Positions 1 through 9,963 of a stretch of DNA of 63,860 bases are shown one piece after another; the first letter of the stretch is position 1, and every line of letters starts with the position of its first letter. Below the pieces are notes generated by a model. It had not been told where the DNA came from and made no database searches. It worked only from the letters and a program-made list of their open reading frames with translations. The stretch covers positions 1-63,860 of IMG/VR virus record IMGVR_UViG_3300046366_000135. One strand, 5' to 3'. Origin of the DNA: a virus. Lineage: Duplodnaviria; Caudoviricetes. The position numbers were made by a program, and so were the translations under genes.

Positions 1-515
1 GTTGTAAGTCCCATAGCCGAGGCGGTGGCATTAATAGCCTCAGAGAACTTACCCAAAGCTTCAGTAGCCTCTTGCATACTTAATGGTAAAGCACCCATAT
101 CAGCAGACTCAACAAGATCAGACACAAGCTGTGAGTAGTCCTTGTCGGTTTCAACATAGGGTTGTTCAAAAACCTCAGTAGCAATCTCCTCAACTTTCTT
201 AGCCAAGCGAAGAATATTTCCACTTACAGGTTTATTCTGTTGAACTGGTACTGAACTTCCCTTCCCACAAGTAGGGCAAGATGTAGACTGACTACCCTGA
301 ATCCCTGAGTTGCCAAGAGACTTAATCTGAACAGGGTTTTTTATTACCCGTGGCATTGCCGCTTGAGGCAGTAATGGCTGAAAATCAGCAGCACGTCCTT
401 TAAAAGTTTGGGATAGTGTTAATACAATACCCTGAAAAGCTCTGTCTTGTCCTAGAGCAGTAAACTCAGCCTTTACATCTTCTAAGGCTTTAATCAATGT
501 CGTTATATTGTCCAT
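1..515 (-). CDS. hypothetical protein, partial (runs off window start)
   Basis: Manual translation from ATG at 515: MDNITTLIKALEDVKAEF...TSCPTCGKG..., open to position 1; overlaps the stop of the upstream gene. Confidence 0.7.
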   Translation of the reverse strand, partial: MDNITTLIKALEDVKAEFTALGQDRAFQGIVLTLSQTFKGRAADFQPLLPQAAMPRVIKNPVQIKSLGNSGIQGSQSTSCPTCGKGSSVPVQQNKPVSGNILRLAKKVEEIATEVFEQPYVETDKDYSQLVSDLVESADMGALPLSMQEATEALGKFSEAINATASAMGLT

Positions 516-963
516 GTTGGTATTTAAATTTGTCTTTGTTCATAATTCGGACATCGTATCCTTCAATATTCTGGGTAAAAGTGAAACCTTTGTAATCAAC
601 CCCAGCATTAAGAATATCACCCGGTCTTACAATCATCCAAAACTCCCGACTTGTAGGGATAGTAAAATCAACTGCATCAGCCTCACCAGAACGAGTTTTC
701 ATGTTAACATTGACTTTCTGCGCCCTAACATGTAGTACATAGATGTAATGACCACCTGCAAGGGTTGAATCAAGATCAGCCAACTGCATTTCAAGATCAG
801 CCTTTCGGAACTCGGCCTGAGCAATAGCATCAGCCAACTTCTTACCATCTTCTAGGGTAAGTTGTGGTTTTTTAACAGGCTCAACCTTTGGACGGGAGCA
901 CATATAACCAACGCCTAGAAACAAAATGAACGCTGATAAAGCGTAAGCTACAAATTTATTCAT
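490..963 (-). CDS. membrane-anchored hypothetical protein
   Basis: N-terminal hydrophobic helix followed by a coiled coil; sits in operon after terminase. Confidence 0.65.
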   Translation of the reverse strand: MNKFVAYALSAFILFLGVGYMCSRPKVEPVKKPQLTLEDGKKLADAIAQAEFRKADLEMQLADLDSTLAGGHYIYVLHVRAQKVNVNMKTRSGEADAVDFTIPTSREFWMIVRPGDILNAGVDYKGFTFTQNIEGYDVRIMNKDKFKYQHGQYNDID

Positions 964-979
964 TGCTTTTTTATTGTTT

Positions 980-2203
980 TTATCCTACTACCTCCTCGTC
1001 GAAATCTCCCAACTCAGCCTCGGCAAGTACCTCAAGAGCCATATAACGAGTCGCGTCCCAACAATGGTTCCACTTATTTGTTGGTACTTTTTCATAGATA
1101 CCCCCTTTGGTTTTCACCCAAACGTACTTCTCTTGCTCTTCCATCCAAGCATTATGAATTACAATGTATAATTCATAATCCTCAAGTAGTGCAATACCCC
1201 TACGAATAGAACCTCCTGACCTATTGGCAGACTTTATGTTAAAACCATCCTCCTCTCTAAGTAACTCAGCAATTTCTTGAGCCACTGCATCGTCCATAGA
1301 GATTAATTCATCAGTAATCCCTAGCTTATGAAGATTCTCAGCTATCTGAGTTCTCCTCATACCATTACCGTACATCAAGCACCTAAGGTACAAACGATTG
1401 GGATATTCAGTATCTAAACCACCCTCAATAAAGGCCAGGGGGTCTTTATTGAAACCATAATCCAAACCAAATCCCCGCTTTGTCAATGTTCTGGATTCAA
1501 ATTCTCTATTGGTTATCCAATTTACATTAGGAAAAATGGCATCCTCAGTAATACCTGTTAAACCCAAGCCATAAACCCGCCATCTGTTTGGTTTATTCTC
1601 CTTCCAAGACAAGATTTTCCGCAACATCCGTTCTGGAATGAACTTATTGTTGGTGAAATTGCTTATCATCAGGACAGATTTTGGGTCTTTTGCCAAAACC
1701 TCTGTATGTACCCAAAACTTAGCGTTAGGGTTGTAGTCGATGATAGTTTTTAAACGAGTACGAACGTCAATCTGCTCAAAAATGTCAAACTCGATACCGT
1801 TTGCTTCATTCACAAAGGTAATATCTCGTTTACCTGATTTTGCATCCTGAGCATCATCCAAGGCTGAGAACTGTAACTCAGCACCGGATTTGAAATAATA
1901 AATGTTGTTGGTTTTATCGTGTTTAGTTATGTGTTCCTGAAGTAAAGGAGTTGTTTTTAAAATCTCCTTGAAATCAGCCATTGGGCCTTTACGAAGGTTG
2001 GGAAAATCCTGACCAACCACCAGCATTTGATAGGGATGAACCATCCCCTGCAAGCCCAGAACTTGCATTACACTATACGTTTTCGAGCTAGAAGTTCCCC
2101 CCTGTAGGACAAGTGTATCATACTTGTCCCAAACTGATAACACCTGCCAGAATACATCCGTGGTGTTTGTTTCGTTAAAAGGGGAACCTACGCTCTCAGC
2201 CAT
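980..2203 (-). CDS. terL: terminase large subunit (PBSX-type)
   Basis: Walker A-like QGGTSSSKT, Walker B FVNEA, DYNP motif, nuclease GLDYGFNKDP, C-terminal NHCWDATRY. Confidence 0.93.
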   Translation of the reverse strand: MAESVGSPFNETNTTDVFWQVLSVWDKYDTLVLQGGTSSSKTYSVMQVLGLQGMVHPYQMLVVGQDFPNLRKGPMADFKEILKTTPLLQEHITKHDKTNNIYYFKSGAELQFSALDDAQDAKSGKRDITFVNEANGIEFDIFEQIDVRTRLKTIIDYNPNAKFWVHTEVLAKDPKSVLMISNFTNNKFIPERMLRKILSWKENKPNRWRVYGLGLTGITEDAIFPNVNWITNREFESRTLTKRGFGLDYGFNKDPLAFIEGGLDTEYPNRLYLRCLMYGNGMRRTQIAENLHKLGITDELISMDDAVAQEIAELLREEDGFNIKSANRSGGSIRRGIALLEDYELYIVIHNAWMEEQEKYVWVKTKGGIYEKVPTNKWNHCWDATRYMALEVLAEAELGDFDEEVVG

Positions 2204-2753
2204 TTAATTTCTTTATATTGTCTTCAGCTACTTTAGCCAAATCCACTTCAAATTGAACAAGGAGATCAGACCAAGCTAGAAAAGAATCAGCTAAATACTC
2301 CATCAAACGAATTTTCTTTTCGGTAGTCAAGTTCCCTGCATCGTCACGTTGAATTTTCTTTACAATATTAGCTGTTAAGTTGGCTGTATACATCATCTTA
2401 TTAGCTGTGCTCTTTACGTTATCCCAAGTAGCAACATTGGGGAATAGCTTTTGAAGTCCTTGGAAAGAGTCGATGTAAAAAGATCGAAAGGAGGGAAGGT
2501 CAGCTAACTTATGACCTAACTCATGGCAGCAGGTAGCATAATACCAAAGAACATCGCCATACTCAAGAAGATTGTCTCCTTTAAATGAGTCGGTGAGTCC
2601 TTGAGTTGCCCAAAGCTCTGCAACTTCGCCCACTTCACCAATAAGACCCAGAATAGGGTAAGTCAAATTTTTACCAACATTAGGGTATCTAGCTGTTTTC
2701 AGTGCTAGTTCCTGATAGTGGTTCAAAGTCAAGATATTCTGCATATTTTTCAA
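2196..2753 (-). CDS. MazG-like nucleotide pyrophosphohydrolase
   Basis: YQELALKTA..LGLIGEVGEVAE..EYGDVLWY, with a degenerate second repeat ending NIKKL. Confidence 0.85.
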   Translation of the reverse strand: MKNMQNILTLNHYQELALKTARYPNVGKNLTYPILGLIGEVGEVAELWATQGLTDSFKGDNLLEYGDVLWYYATCCHELGHKLADLPSFRSFYIDSFQGLQKLFPNVATWDNVKSTANKMMYTANLTANIVKKIQRDDAGNLTTEKKIRLMEYLADSFLAWSDLLVQFEVDLAKVAEDNIKKLNG

Positions 2754-3249
2754 GAATTTGCTGCTCTAAATTCAATGCGTCTTGTTCTGTGGAAATTAAT
2801 TGAACCCCGGATAGTTGAGGCATTTCCAGACGAATAGCATTGATTGTTAATGTGTTTATCGGTTTAACTGGGATAGTTGAGTTCCAATGTTTCTTCACAT
2901 CCCAGTGATTTCCAAGCATTTGAAGTCTTTTTGAGACTTCCGGCATTGATTTAGCTGCCTCAAGCTTCAATTGAATTTCAAACTTACTACTATGTAGCTT
3001 TTCAAAAAAAGCATCAATAAAATCTAAATAGTGAGGATTGTCTGAGATCATCTCAAAATCCAAACCCTCAGTATCATAACCCTCAAGTAAACCATTTAAC
3101 CATCTATGATCTATTCTTATAGAATCCCCCTTAGATTTAGCATAAACCCTAAAATAGACACACATATCTTTTATGGACATGGTAAAAAACTCAAAGCCAT
3201 CTAAAGAATCCAGAGCCTCTATGATAATATCAAGATGGGTTTTAGTCAT
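2689..3249 (-). CDS. hypothetical protein (possible terminase small subunit by position only)
   Basis: 186 aa ORF coupled in the operon two genes upstream of terL; no diagnostic motif. Confidence 0.5.
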   Translation of the reverse strand: MTKTHLDIIIEALDSLDGFEFFTMSIKDMCVYFRVYAKSKGDSIRIDHRWLNGLLEGYDTEGLDFEMISDNPHYLDFIDAFFEKLHSSKFEIQLKLEAAKSMPEVSKRLQMLGNHWDVKKHWNSTIPVKPINTLTINAIRLEMPQLSGVQLISTEQDALNLEQQILEKYAEYLDFEPLSGTSTENS

Positions 3250-4075
3250 TTGCGGTTACTTTTTTACGATCCCTATATCTTTGAGTCTTTTTTCTATTGG
3301 ATGAACGCTCACACTCAATAGAACCACATCGTTTGCTTTTTGCCAAAGCATTTGTAGAGAACTGTTTTGAGCACTCCTCACAAATCACTAATCTAAACTC
3401 CCTATTCTTCACCCTTTCTGAGGCTCTCTTTTTAAATTCCTCACATTGGGAGGGGTGCCTACCCTCTGATGCCAATTGCTTATTCCTTTGACGAGTTTTC
3501 TCTATCCCATCAGCGGTCTGAAAGAATAAACTCCCTTCCTCCGCCCTCCTCTTACTCGCTCTACTAGCTCTTTTAGACTGAGCTTCTTTAAACTCTGTTG
3601 TCTGTGAGGGGTGTAGTCCCTGAGAGGCTAGTAATTTACCCCTTATACTAGAAGAGTGTCTTGCTTCTGGGCTTTGAAGATAATGATTACCCTCAGCAAC
3701 TAAATTCTTCTGAACCTCACTTATTAGAGCTTTTTGTGAGGGTCTTTTTGATGGATTGTTATCCCCAGACATTAACTGAAACCCCAAAGTACCCTCTTCA
3801 GCCCTTTTACTTGAATGTAATGATATGTGATCAAAACAATCCAAACAAGCTAAATTAGAGATTTCGTTATTTTTGTTGTTACCATCAATATGATGAATAT
3901 GAAAGCCTTTTGGTACTTTGACATTATGAAATTCCCATACCAGTACATGAACTTTACCAAAGTACCCTTTATCTATTTCAGGGTAGTACTTACCCCTCCA
4001 CACTTGACATAATCTACCCTTACCATCTGTGAAAATAGTAAAATCGGGAAGATCAGTTTTCAATTTTGCTGGCAT
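3242..4075 (-). CDS. HNH homing endonuclease with internal repeats and C-terminal Zn ribbon
   Basis: HVLVWE..HIHHIDGNNKNNEISNL..H; five (E/Q)G-x-H/L-x-x-Q repeats; CEEC...C..C. Confidence 0.9.
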   Translation of the reverse strand: MPAKLKTDLPDFTIFTDGKGRLCQVWRGKYYPEIDKGYFGKVHVLVWEFHNVKVPKGFHIHHIDGNNKNNEISNLACLDCFDHISLHSSKRAEEGTLGFQLMSGDNNPSKRPSQKALISEVQKNLVAEGNHYLQSPEARHSSSIRGKLLASQGLHPSQTTEFKEAQSKRASRASKRRAEEGSLFFQTADGIEKTRQRNKQLASEGRHPSQCEEFKKRASERVKNREFRLVICEECSKQFSTNALAKSKRCGSIECERSSNRKKTQRYRDRKKVTAND

Positions 4076-4102
4076 AGATTATTTTTTAAATTAAAAAGTG
4101 AA

Positions 4103-4155
4103 ATCCATCCAAAGACTTTGGGGGTAAGAATTAACTCCTAAGCCTTTGGATGGAT
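4103..4155. promoter_or_regulatory. long stem-loop upstream of HNH gene
   Basis: ATCCATCCAAAG (4103-4114) / CTTTGGATGGAT (4144-4155) perfect inverted repeat with further internal pairing. Confidence 0.6.
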
Positions 4156-4223
4156 AATGACCCAAAACTCCAAGTTATCTAGCGATTGGAGGGATTCACA
4201 TAGAATATCTATTTCGTCTTTGG

Positions 4224-4778
4224 TCATATTTTCACATCTGGGTTTTTAACAGGTTGAGTCAAACCATCTGCATAGTAAAGTTTATACTGTTCAATCAGCC
4301 TGATCAGCTTTTGAGGGTAATTTTTGTCCTCAGCATAACCCCTAATTTTGAGCTGATAGGCGGCACTTTTGTAGTTCAATCCGTACTTAGTCCAAATAGA
4401 ACCATAACGTTCATTTTTAAGCAACTTGCTATGATGACGTATTGACCACCAAGCAGATTTGTAAGTACAAAAATACCCCTCAGAATAAAGCTTCTTACCC
4501 GTAGCATAAGTCCTAGTCAATTCATTCCCCCAAGCCTTAATGCCAAAATGGTTATTGGAAGTCTGGGCCATGTAAGAAGTACCAGCGTCACTCTCTAAAA
4601 TGGCCTGAGCCATAGAAATTGCTGCTGGGACTCCGTGAATTACCCGCTCAGCTACAAAAGTCTCCCAATACTTTTTAATAAACTTAGCATGTTTTTCAGG
4701 AACACCCCTCAAATCAGGAGCTAAAGCTTTACCATGCAAATTTAAACTCAAAAACAAAAGTACAATAATTAATCTCAT
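4224..4778 (-). CDS. GH73 glucosaminidase/FlgJ-like peptidoglycan hydrolase with signal peptide
   Basis: AQAILES, NNHFGIK and GYAEDKNY..KL motifs; N-terminal MRLIIVLLFLSLNLHG. Confidence 0.9.
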   Translation of the reverse strand: MRLIIVLLFLSLNLHGKALAPDLRGVPEKHAKFIKKYWETFVAERVIHGVPAAISMAQAILESDAGTSYMAQTSNNHFGIKAWGNELTRTYATGKKLYSEGYFCTYKSAWWSIRHHSKLLKNERYGSIWTKYGLNYKSAAYQLKIRGYAEDKNYPQKLIRLIEQYKLYYADGLTQPVKNPDVKI

Positions 4779-4802
4779 ATCCCAACTTTTTATTTAAAAA
4801 TT

Positions 4803-5048
4803 TTACAGTTGTCTAATCATTCTTATAGAATCAGTCCTATTAACCTTAATATCTACATTGCGTAACAAAGTATCGTAATCTGGTTGATTTTCAATTTCTT
4901 CAGCACGTTGTTGCTCATATTCTGGCAACAAAGTTGGAAACCACTTAGCTAAATAAAATTTAATAGCATTTGGTATCCAAGCCCCATTCTGAAAAAAATC
5001 GTAATCGTCAACCTTGATGACTTCCCCATTCTTGCGTTTCCATTCCAT
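4803..5048 (-). CDS. hypothetical protein
   Basis: ORF fills operon gap. Confidence 0.6.
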   Translation of the reverse strand: MEWKRKNGEVIKVDDYDFFQNGAWIPNAIKFYLAKWFPTLLPEYEQQRAEEIENQPDYDTLLRNVDIKVNRTDSIRMIRQL

Positions 5049-5058
5049 TTAACAGTGT

Positions 5059-6369
5059 TTAAACAATGATATAAACATTTTTACTAGCCCTAGTTACTGC
5101 TGTATACATCCATCTCCGTTTTGTGTCGTAATCCCAAGGACGGACACTGAGAAGATTGTTTGCTAAAACTACTACATTTTCAACAGTTGCGCCCTGAAGT
5201 TTGTGGGTTGACAAGGCATAAGCATAATCAACCTGAGCGAAGTAAGCTAAGAAACTCTTCCATTGCCGTGCAAGTTCCATATAAGCTTGGCTTTTTGTCG
5301 GATACATTTTCTTAGCTTTGTCAAACTTCTCTACTACCCGGTCGTAATTACTCTGGCTTTGCTCATGTAAAATACGAATCTGAGCAGTTCCTTCTTTAGA
5401 CGTATAAGCTATTTCACAAAGGTAATAAAAGAATGGGAGATTGTCAATAGTTTCCATCTCAGTCTGGTAACTTTTTACAACAAATTCGTCGTTGTTTACC
5501 AAAACTACCCTATCATCGACTAAATGACGACCTCCATTAGCTATCATTTTCTCCCCAAAAAGGATTTTATTCTCCTTAGCCTCATAACCATAAATAGCCT
5601 GACGGACAAAACTGTTCATCTCAGCTACCATTTTATTGGTAGCACATGCGATTTTTGCATAACTCGGATTGGCTGCATATTCACTACTAGAGAACAATTC
5701 GTTGATCTTATCCTTGATGAATTGTCGATCACCTTCCTCTTTAGAGCTGGCTATGTAAGTACCCCCAGATTCATTAACATTGTAAACAAACTCTTCTGGA
5801 AAATCCAAAGTAGTCAAAAAATGAGTTGCAAGATCAATTATTGGGGAACCATTTGCCTGACGTTCAATTTTTGTAAGTCTAACACCTTGAGCATCAGCAC
5901 TATCAACAAAGATGTCTGGCTGACCTCCCTCAACAGGAGCTAATTGCTCAACATCCCCAATAAAGATCAGTTTTGTATCTCCCTTATATGCGATCAAAGC
6001 GTCAAATAAGTCATGGTTCAACATGGATGACTCATCAATGAAGATAATGTCATATTGTTGAATAGCTACCTGAGCTTGTTGAATAAAATTCAAATCAAAA
6101 CTGTTTTCATCATCCCTTAGACCTAGCAGAGAATGGACAGTCCTTGCCCCATCAGTAGCAGGGGATTTTTTCTTGAGTTCTGCTACTGCTCTTTGTGTGG
6201 GGGCTGAGATACAAATAGAATAACCTCTAAGTTTATTCATCGTATCTCCTACAAGGTAAGTTTTCCCGGTTCCTGCTGCTCCGGTAACGTAGACATATTT
6301 GAAATCATCTTGACCTTTTACATGATCAAGGATTATGTCTTGTGCTTTTTGTTGCTGCTCATTCAACAT
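5059..6369 (-). CDS. Dda/RecD-like SF1B helicase
   Basis: GAAGTGKT, IDESSM, GDVEQLAPV, HKLQG, YTAVTRA. Confidence 0.93.
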   Translation of the reverse strand: MLNEQQQKAQDIILDHVKGQDDFKYVYVTGAAGTGKTYLVGDTMNKLRGYSICISAPTQRAVAELKKKSPATDGARTVHSLLGLRDDENSFDLNFIQQAQVAIQQYDIIFIDESSMLNHDLFDALIAYKGDTKLIFIGDVEQLAPVEGGQPDIFVDSADAQGVRLTKIERQANGSPIIDLATHFLTTLDFPEEFVYNVNESGGTYIASSKEEGDRQFIKDKINELFSSSEYAANPSYAKIACATNKMVAEMNSFVRQAIYGYEAKENKILFGEKMIANGGRHLVDDRVVLVNNDEFVVKSYQTEMETIDNLPFFYYLCEIAYTSKEGTAQIRILHEQSQSNYDRVVEKFDKAKKMYPTKSQAYMELARQWKSFLAYFAQVDYAYALSTHKLQGATVENVVVLANNLLSVRPWDYDTKRRWMYTAVTRASKNVYIIV

Positions 6370-6373
6370 TAGT

Positions 6374-6658
6374 CTATCTTTTTTCTAGTTCTTGAATTTT
6401 GTTTCTCAAAGCAATACGACTAATTTTGCCGTATTTTTCAAAATTATCTTGAAGATGACTTATAAACTTAGAAACATCCTCAAAAAATCCTTTAGGTAAT
6501 GGGTGGGGTTTATCATAGATAATGACCTCTGACTTATACTGGTTTTGAAGAATTTTACCATTAGTGGCAAAAATACCAGCTTCCCATTTTCTGACAAACT
6601 TCCAAATAAGGATAGTGCCTTTAGGTTTTACTGAGTAGTAAATTTTAGTATTAGCCAT
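6374..6658 (-). CDS. hypothetical protein (paralogue of adjacent gene)
   Basis: Shares YSxKP, WxFV and NQY..EVI motifs with 6658..6906. Confidence 0.65.
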   Translation of the reverse strand: MANTKIYYSVKPKGTILIWKFVRKWEAGIFATNGKILQNQYKSEVIIYDKPHPLPKGFFEDVSKFISHLQDNFEKYGKISRIALRNKIQELEKR

Positions 6659-6906
6659 TAGTCTCTTTGTTTTTCTAAATAATCAATCCGTTTCTGAAGT
6701 TTGGCTTGAAGCTCATCAATCACCTCATTTTTGGTTAATTTGAGGGCACTCCACGGTAACCTAACCACATCAGTATGAATAACCTCATGGTATTGGTTCT
6801 TGTACTCAGCAATAGTACCAGATACTTGTTTAACAAATTCCCAGACCTTAATCTTTGAGGCTGCGTCCGGCTTTGCTGAGTAGATATATTTTGGAAATTC
6901 CATCAC
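6658..6906 (-). CDS. hypothetical protein (paralogue of adjacent gene)
   Basis: Same shared motifs; start/stop overlaps with neighbours. Confidence 0.65.
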   Translation of the reverse strand: MMEFPKYIYSAKPDAASKIKVWEFVKQVSGTIAEYKNQYHEVIHTDVVRLPWSALKLTKNEVIDELQAKLQKRIDYLEKQRD

Positions 6907-7271
6907 ACTTCAAATTTATAAGTTTCTAAAGTTCCTTGCTTGAATTTCTCAGTCATTTCTTGCAGTGTCAACCAAGCAATATCCTCATTAATAGGAGTGC
7001 AATTCTCATTTGCAAAATCAATGTGGATAGTTATCTGAGCATTATCATCTATAAAACCAGCTTCACAAGCATCATGGTGATCCCGGCAAAGAGCCATAAG
7101 CTTTTCTGGTCGATCAAGTAACTTTGAACCTCCCTGACCCCTTCCACCAATGTGATGAACATCCACTGATCTAGTATGATCTCCATGCATTACCTTGCAA
7201 ATCTCACAACAAATATCAGTTGAATCACCTCCATAGAAGTGGTCTATGTAGACTTTAGTATGTTTTTTCAT
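6903..7271 (-). CDS. small HNH-fold nuclease
   Basis: CEIC..DVHHIGGRG..LMALCRDHH. Confidence 0.75.
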   Translation of the reverse strand: MKKHTKVYIDHFYGGDSTDICCEICKVMHGDHTRSVDVHHIGGRGQGGSKLLDRPEKLMALCRDHHDACEAGFIDDNAQITIHIDFANENCTPINEDIAWLTLQEMTEKFKQGTLETYKFEV

Positions 7272-9046
7272 CGAATTATTTTTGATCCGTCCTCAGTCTT
7301 TACGACCTCAATTGTGTTTGTGTATAAGTGACTTTCGTTCAAATGACTGATAAAGTAAACTGCTTTATCCTTGGAAATCTGTGTGAAGATTTCCCGGATA
7401 GAATCAAGACCATCTTGGTCTAGTCCTATCATGGATTCATCAAAGATTATCAAAGAAGCTTTTGGAGCAATCAATTTAGCTAAGGCAAGTTGGAGGGCAA
7501 GTTCAACCCTAGCTTTTTCTCCCCCTGAAAGATTGCCATAAGGTACACTATCTCCGGTTAATCGCCAAATTTCCAGCTCACTTTTTGTCAACTTTTTCGA
7601 CAAATCCATCGAAAATCTCAAACCAAAGCCAAAAAGTTGACCATAATAACTGATGTATTGATTGAGTTTTTGGAAATAAGACTGAGTAATGTGGGATTTA
7701 AGAGCATTCACCCCTAAAGACTTTACCCAATAATCAGCTTTTACTTTTTCAGTTTCGATTTCCAAAATATCATTTTGGCATTCTTCAATAGCAACCTGAG
7801 CAGAGTATAATTTTTCAGCTAGGTCTGCAAGCCATTGTACAAAATTAGGTTTTGGGGCGTTTTTATGTCTATCTACAGCTTGTTCAGCAGCTACGGTTTT
7901 TGCTTCTAACTTAGCAGTTTCTAAAGCCCAGCGATTATGTTTCTGATCAAACTCTTGTCTAAGCCTGTCAACATTAATAATGTAGCCTTGATACTCATTA
8001 ATCAAATACTCAAGCTTACTTCTTTTCTCAGAGAATTGATTGATTATATCTCCACTAGGCCAATCAGACATAATAGATTCCCCTACTAGTCTCCAAGTGG
8101 CGTATTCGCGTAAGTATTTTTCGTTCAAATCAGCCCAAACCTGCTCATCAACTGTACTTTGCCCACACTTAGGACAAGTAGTTTCAGGTTCTTTCGGCAC
8201 ATTCCTATGATGATTAGCTAATTCCTGCTCCTTTAACTTGACTTTAGTGCCTAATTGATTAACTTCAGACTTTACTAGCTCAAGTTCTTTTTTCGCCTGT
8301 TCTAAAGTTTCCTCGTACTCTGAAGTATCAATAGTCTCATGCTGAGGTTCAGAATTTACATGATTCCTCAACTCAGCCAAACAAAGACGATGCTCAGTTT
8401 CCAAACGCACCAAGATGTCAGCTTGCTCTGCCTCAAAAACTTCTTTGCGTTGCTGGACTGTACCCCCCTCAAGTCTTAAATTCTCTAGTTCCCGATTTAG
8501 GGACTCTAGTTTGGATTTTTGAACTGCTAGAGCCGTATTGAGTTCTTGAGACTTTTGTTTTACTTTTTCACCCAACTGATCAACCCAATCCAACTCAAAC
8601 AAAGTCTCGAAAAATTCACGTCTTTCCTTCTCAGAATAATCAGCTATTCTGACCCCACGTTGAGCCATCAGCACCGAGTTTAGAAACTGCATAGGAGTAA
8701 GTCCCAACACATCAATAATTCGCTGCTGAGTGTCCTTTTTGTACAGCCCTTGGTTTACTCTATTCTCAAGTAAAAGTAACTCTTTTGAATTTCTAGTAAC
8801 TTGGTAGGAGTTATCATTCAATACAAAATGTAAAGAAACTTCAATGGGTTCACCAGATTGACTTTCAACCACTGAACCAGTCTTCAAGGACTCTCCATAA
8901 AGACACCAAAACATTGCTTCAAACAATGAAGTCTTGCCAGCACCATTTTTACCAATAACTTGATGGATACCTGTATCATCCAGATCAAAAACCACTTTGT
9001 TCTTGAATGAACGAAATCCTTTTATTGAAACGTAAGTGAAAATCAT
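7268..9046 (-). CDS. SbcC/Rad50/gp46-like recombination ATPase
   Basis: GKNGAGKT, coiled coils with central CPKC zinc hook, LSGGE signature, IFDE, ISH. Confidence 0.93.
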   Translation of the reverse strand: MIFTYVSIKGFRSFKNKVVFDLDDTGIHQVIGKNGAGKTSLFEAMFWCLYGESLKTGSVVESQSGEPIEVSLHFVLNDNSYQVTRNSKELLLLENRVNQGLYKKDTQQRIIDVLGLTPMQFLNSVLMAQRGVRIADYSEKERREFFETLFELDWVDQLGEKVKQKSQELNTALAVQKSKLESLNRELENLRLEGGTVQQRKEVFEAEQADILVRLETEHRLCLAELRNHVNSEPQHETIDTSEYEETLEQAKKELELVKSEVNQLGTKVKLKEQELANHHRNVPKEPETTCPKCGQSTVDEQVWADLNEKYLREYATWRLVGESIMSDWPSGDIINQFSEKRSKLEYLINEYQGYIINVDRLRQEFDQKHNRWALETAKLEAKTVAAEQAVDRHKNAPKPNFVQWLADLAEKLYSAQVAIEECQNDILEIETEKVKADYWVKSLGVNALKSHITQSYFQKLNQYISYYGQLFGFGLRFSMDLSKKLTKSELEIWRLTGDSVPYGNLSGGEKARVELALQLALAKLIAPKASLIIFDESMIGLDQDGLDSIREIFTQISKDKAVYFISHLNESHLYTNTIEVVKTEDGSKIIR

Positions 9047-9951
9047 TGTAGGTATGATTTGATGTATTCAAGAAGAGAGTTATCACCACAGTATTCACCA
9101 AGTATTTGTACCTTATCGTTTGTTTGATAAACTTCAGTCAATTCTTCAGTATTTTCAGTAAGAACTACAACCCCTTGTAAAGAAGCTACAGACTGAGCAA
9201 CTTCTGGATAATTCAACTTAATAGGTTCCCAACTGTCATCTTGAGTATCGTAGAGGTAAATGAACTTATCCTGACCAAAGTCCCCAGCGTCATGTTGATA
9301 AGGATTACCCATTACGATGAGGTTACTGTCTTGACTAGGCTTATGGATATGCCCACACATCACCCAATCAAACTTATACCCATCCAAATCTACATCAGGC
9401 GGGAGGTTAAGGGCATTACCTTGAGGGGTTTGATGCATGACTAAGATATTTCTAGTCATATCACGGCTCTGATACCTATGTAAAATATAATCCAAATAGT
9501 CATTAAAGTCCTGCCCAGAGTTGAAATAAGGCACAAACCACAAAGTAGTACCAAAATTCATGGCAAACTTTTGATTGTCCATTAGATTAAAGTTATGACA
9601 GGCTTGATCAAGACTCCATAAAGAAGTTTTAGGGTAAAGATAATCACCCTCGTCATCAGGATTAAATAGAGCTTTTGTGGCTAAATCATGGTTCCCAGAA
9701 ATCGCAAAAATCTCAACATCTGGAAATTCATTTAAACGCTCAATTGACCAATTCAAAGCATCAATATTCACATTCAAAGGTTGATCAAACCAATCACCGC
9801 CAAAAATGACTTTAGCCCTATGTGTTCTTGCTGTCTCTAGGACTTGGTAAAGTATAGCCAAACCTAAATACAGCATATCTTTACGAGTACCATCTTGAGC
9901 TTTGAGTACGCCAGTTCCTAAATGAAGATCAGAGAAAAATATTAGTTTCAT
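9043..9951 (-). CDS. SbcD/Mre11/gp47-like nuclease
   Basis: SDLH, GGDWF, GNHD, GHIH metallophosphoesterase motifs; coupled to the SbcC-like gene. Confidence 0.92.
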   Translation of the reverse strand: MKLIFFSDLHLGTGVLKAQDGTRKDMLYLGLAILYQVLETARTHRAKVIFGGDWFDQPLNVNIDALNWSIERLNEFPDVEIFAISGNHDLATKALFNPDDEGDYLYPKTSLWSLDQACHNFNLMDNQKFAMNFGTTLWFVPYFNSGQDFNDYLDYILHRYQSRDMTRNILVMHQTPQGNALNLPPDVDLDGYKFDWVMCGHIHKPSQDSNLIVMGNPYQHDAGDFGQDKFIYLYDTQDDSWEPIKLNYPEVAQSVASLQGVVVLTENTEELTEVYQTNDKVQILGEYCGDNSLLEYIKSYLQ

Positions 9952-9963
9952 TGCTGCTTAGTT

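Noticed and set aside
3242-4223. Group I intron around the HNH gene
   Set aside because: Flanking genes look complete and no P7 core was recognised.
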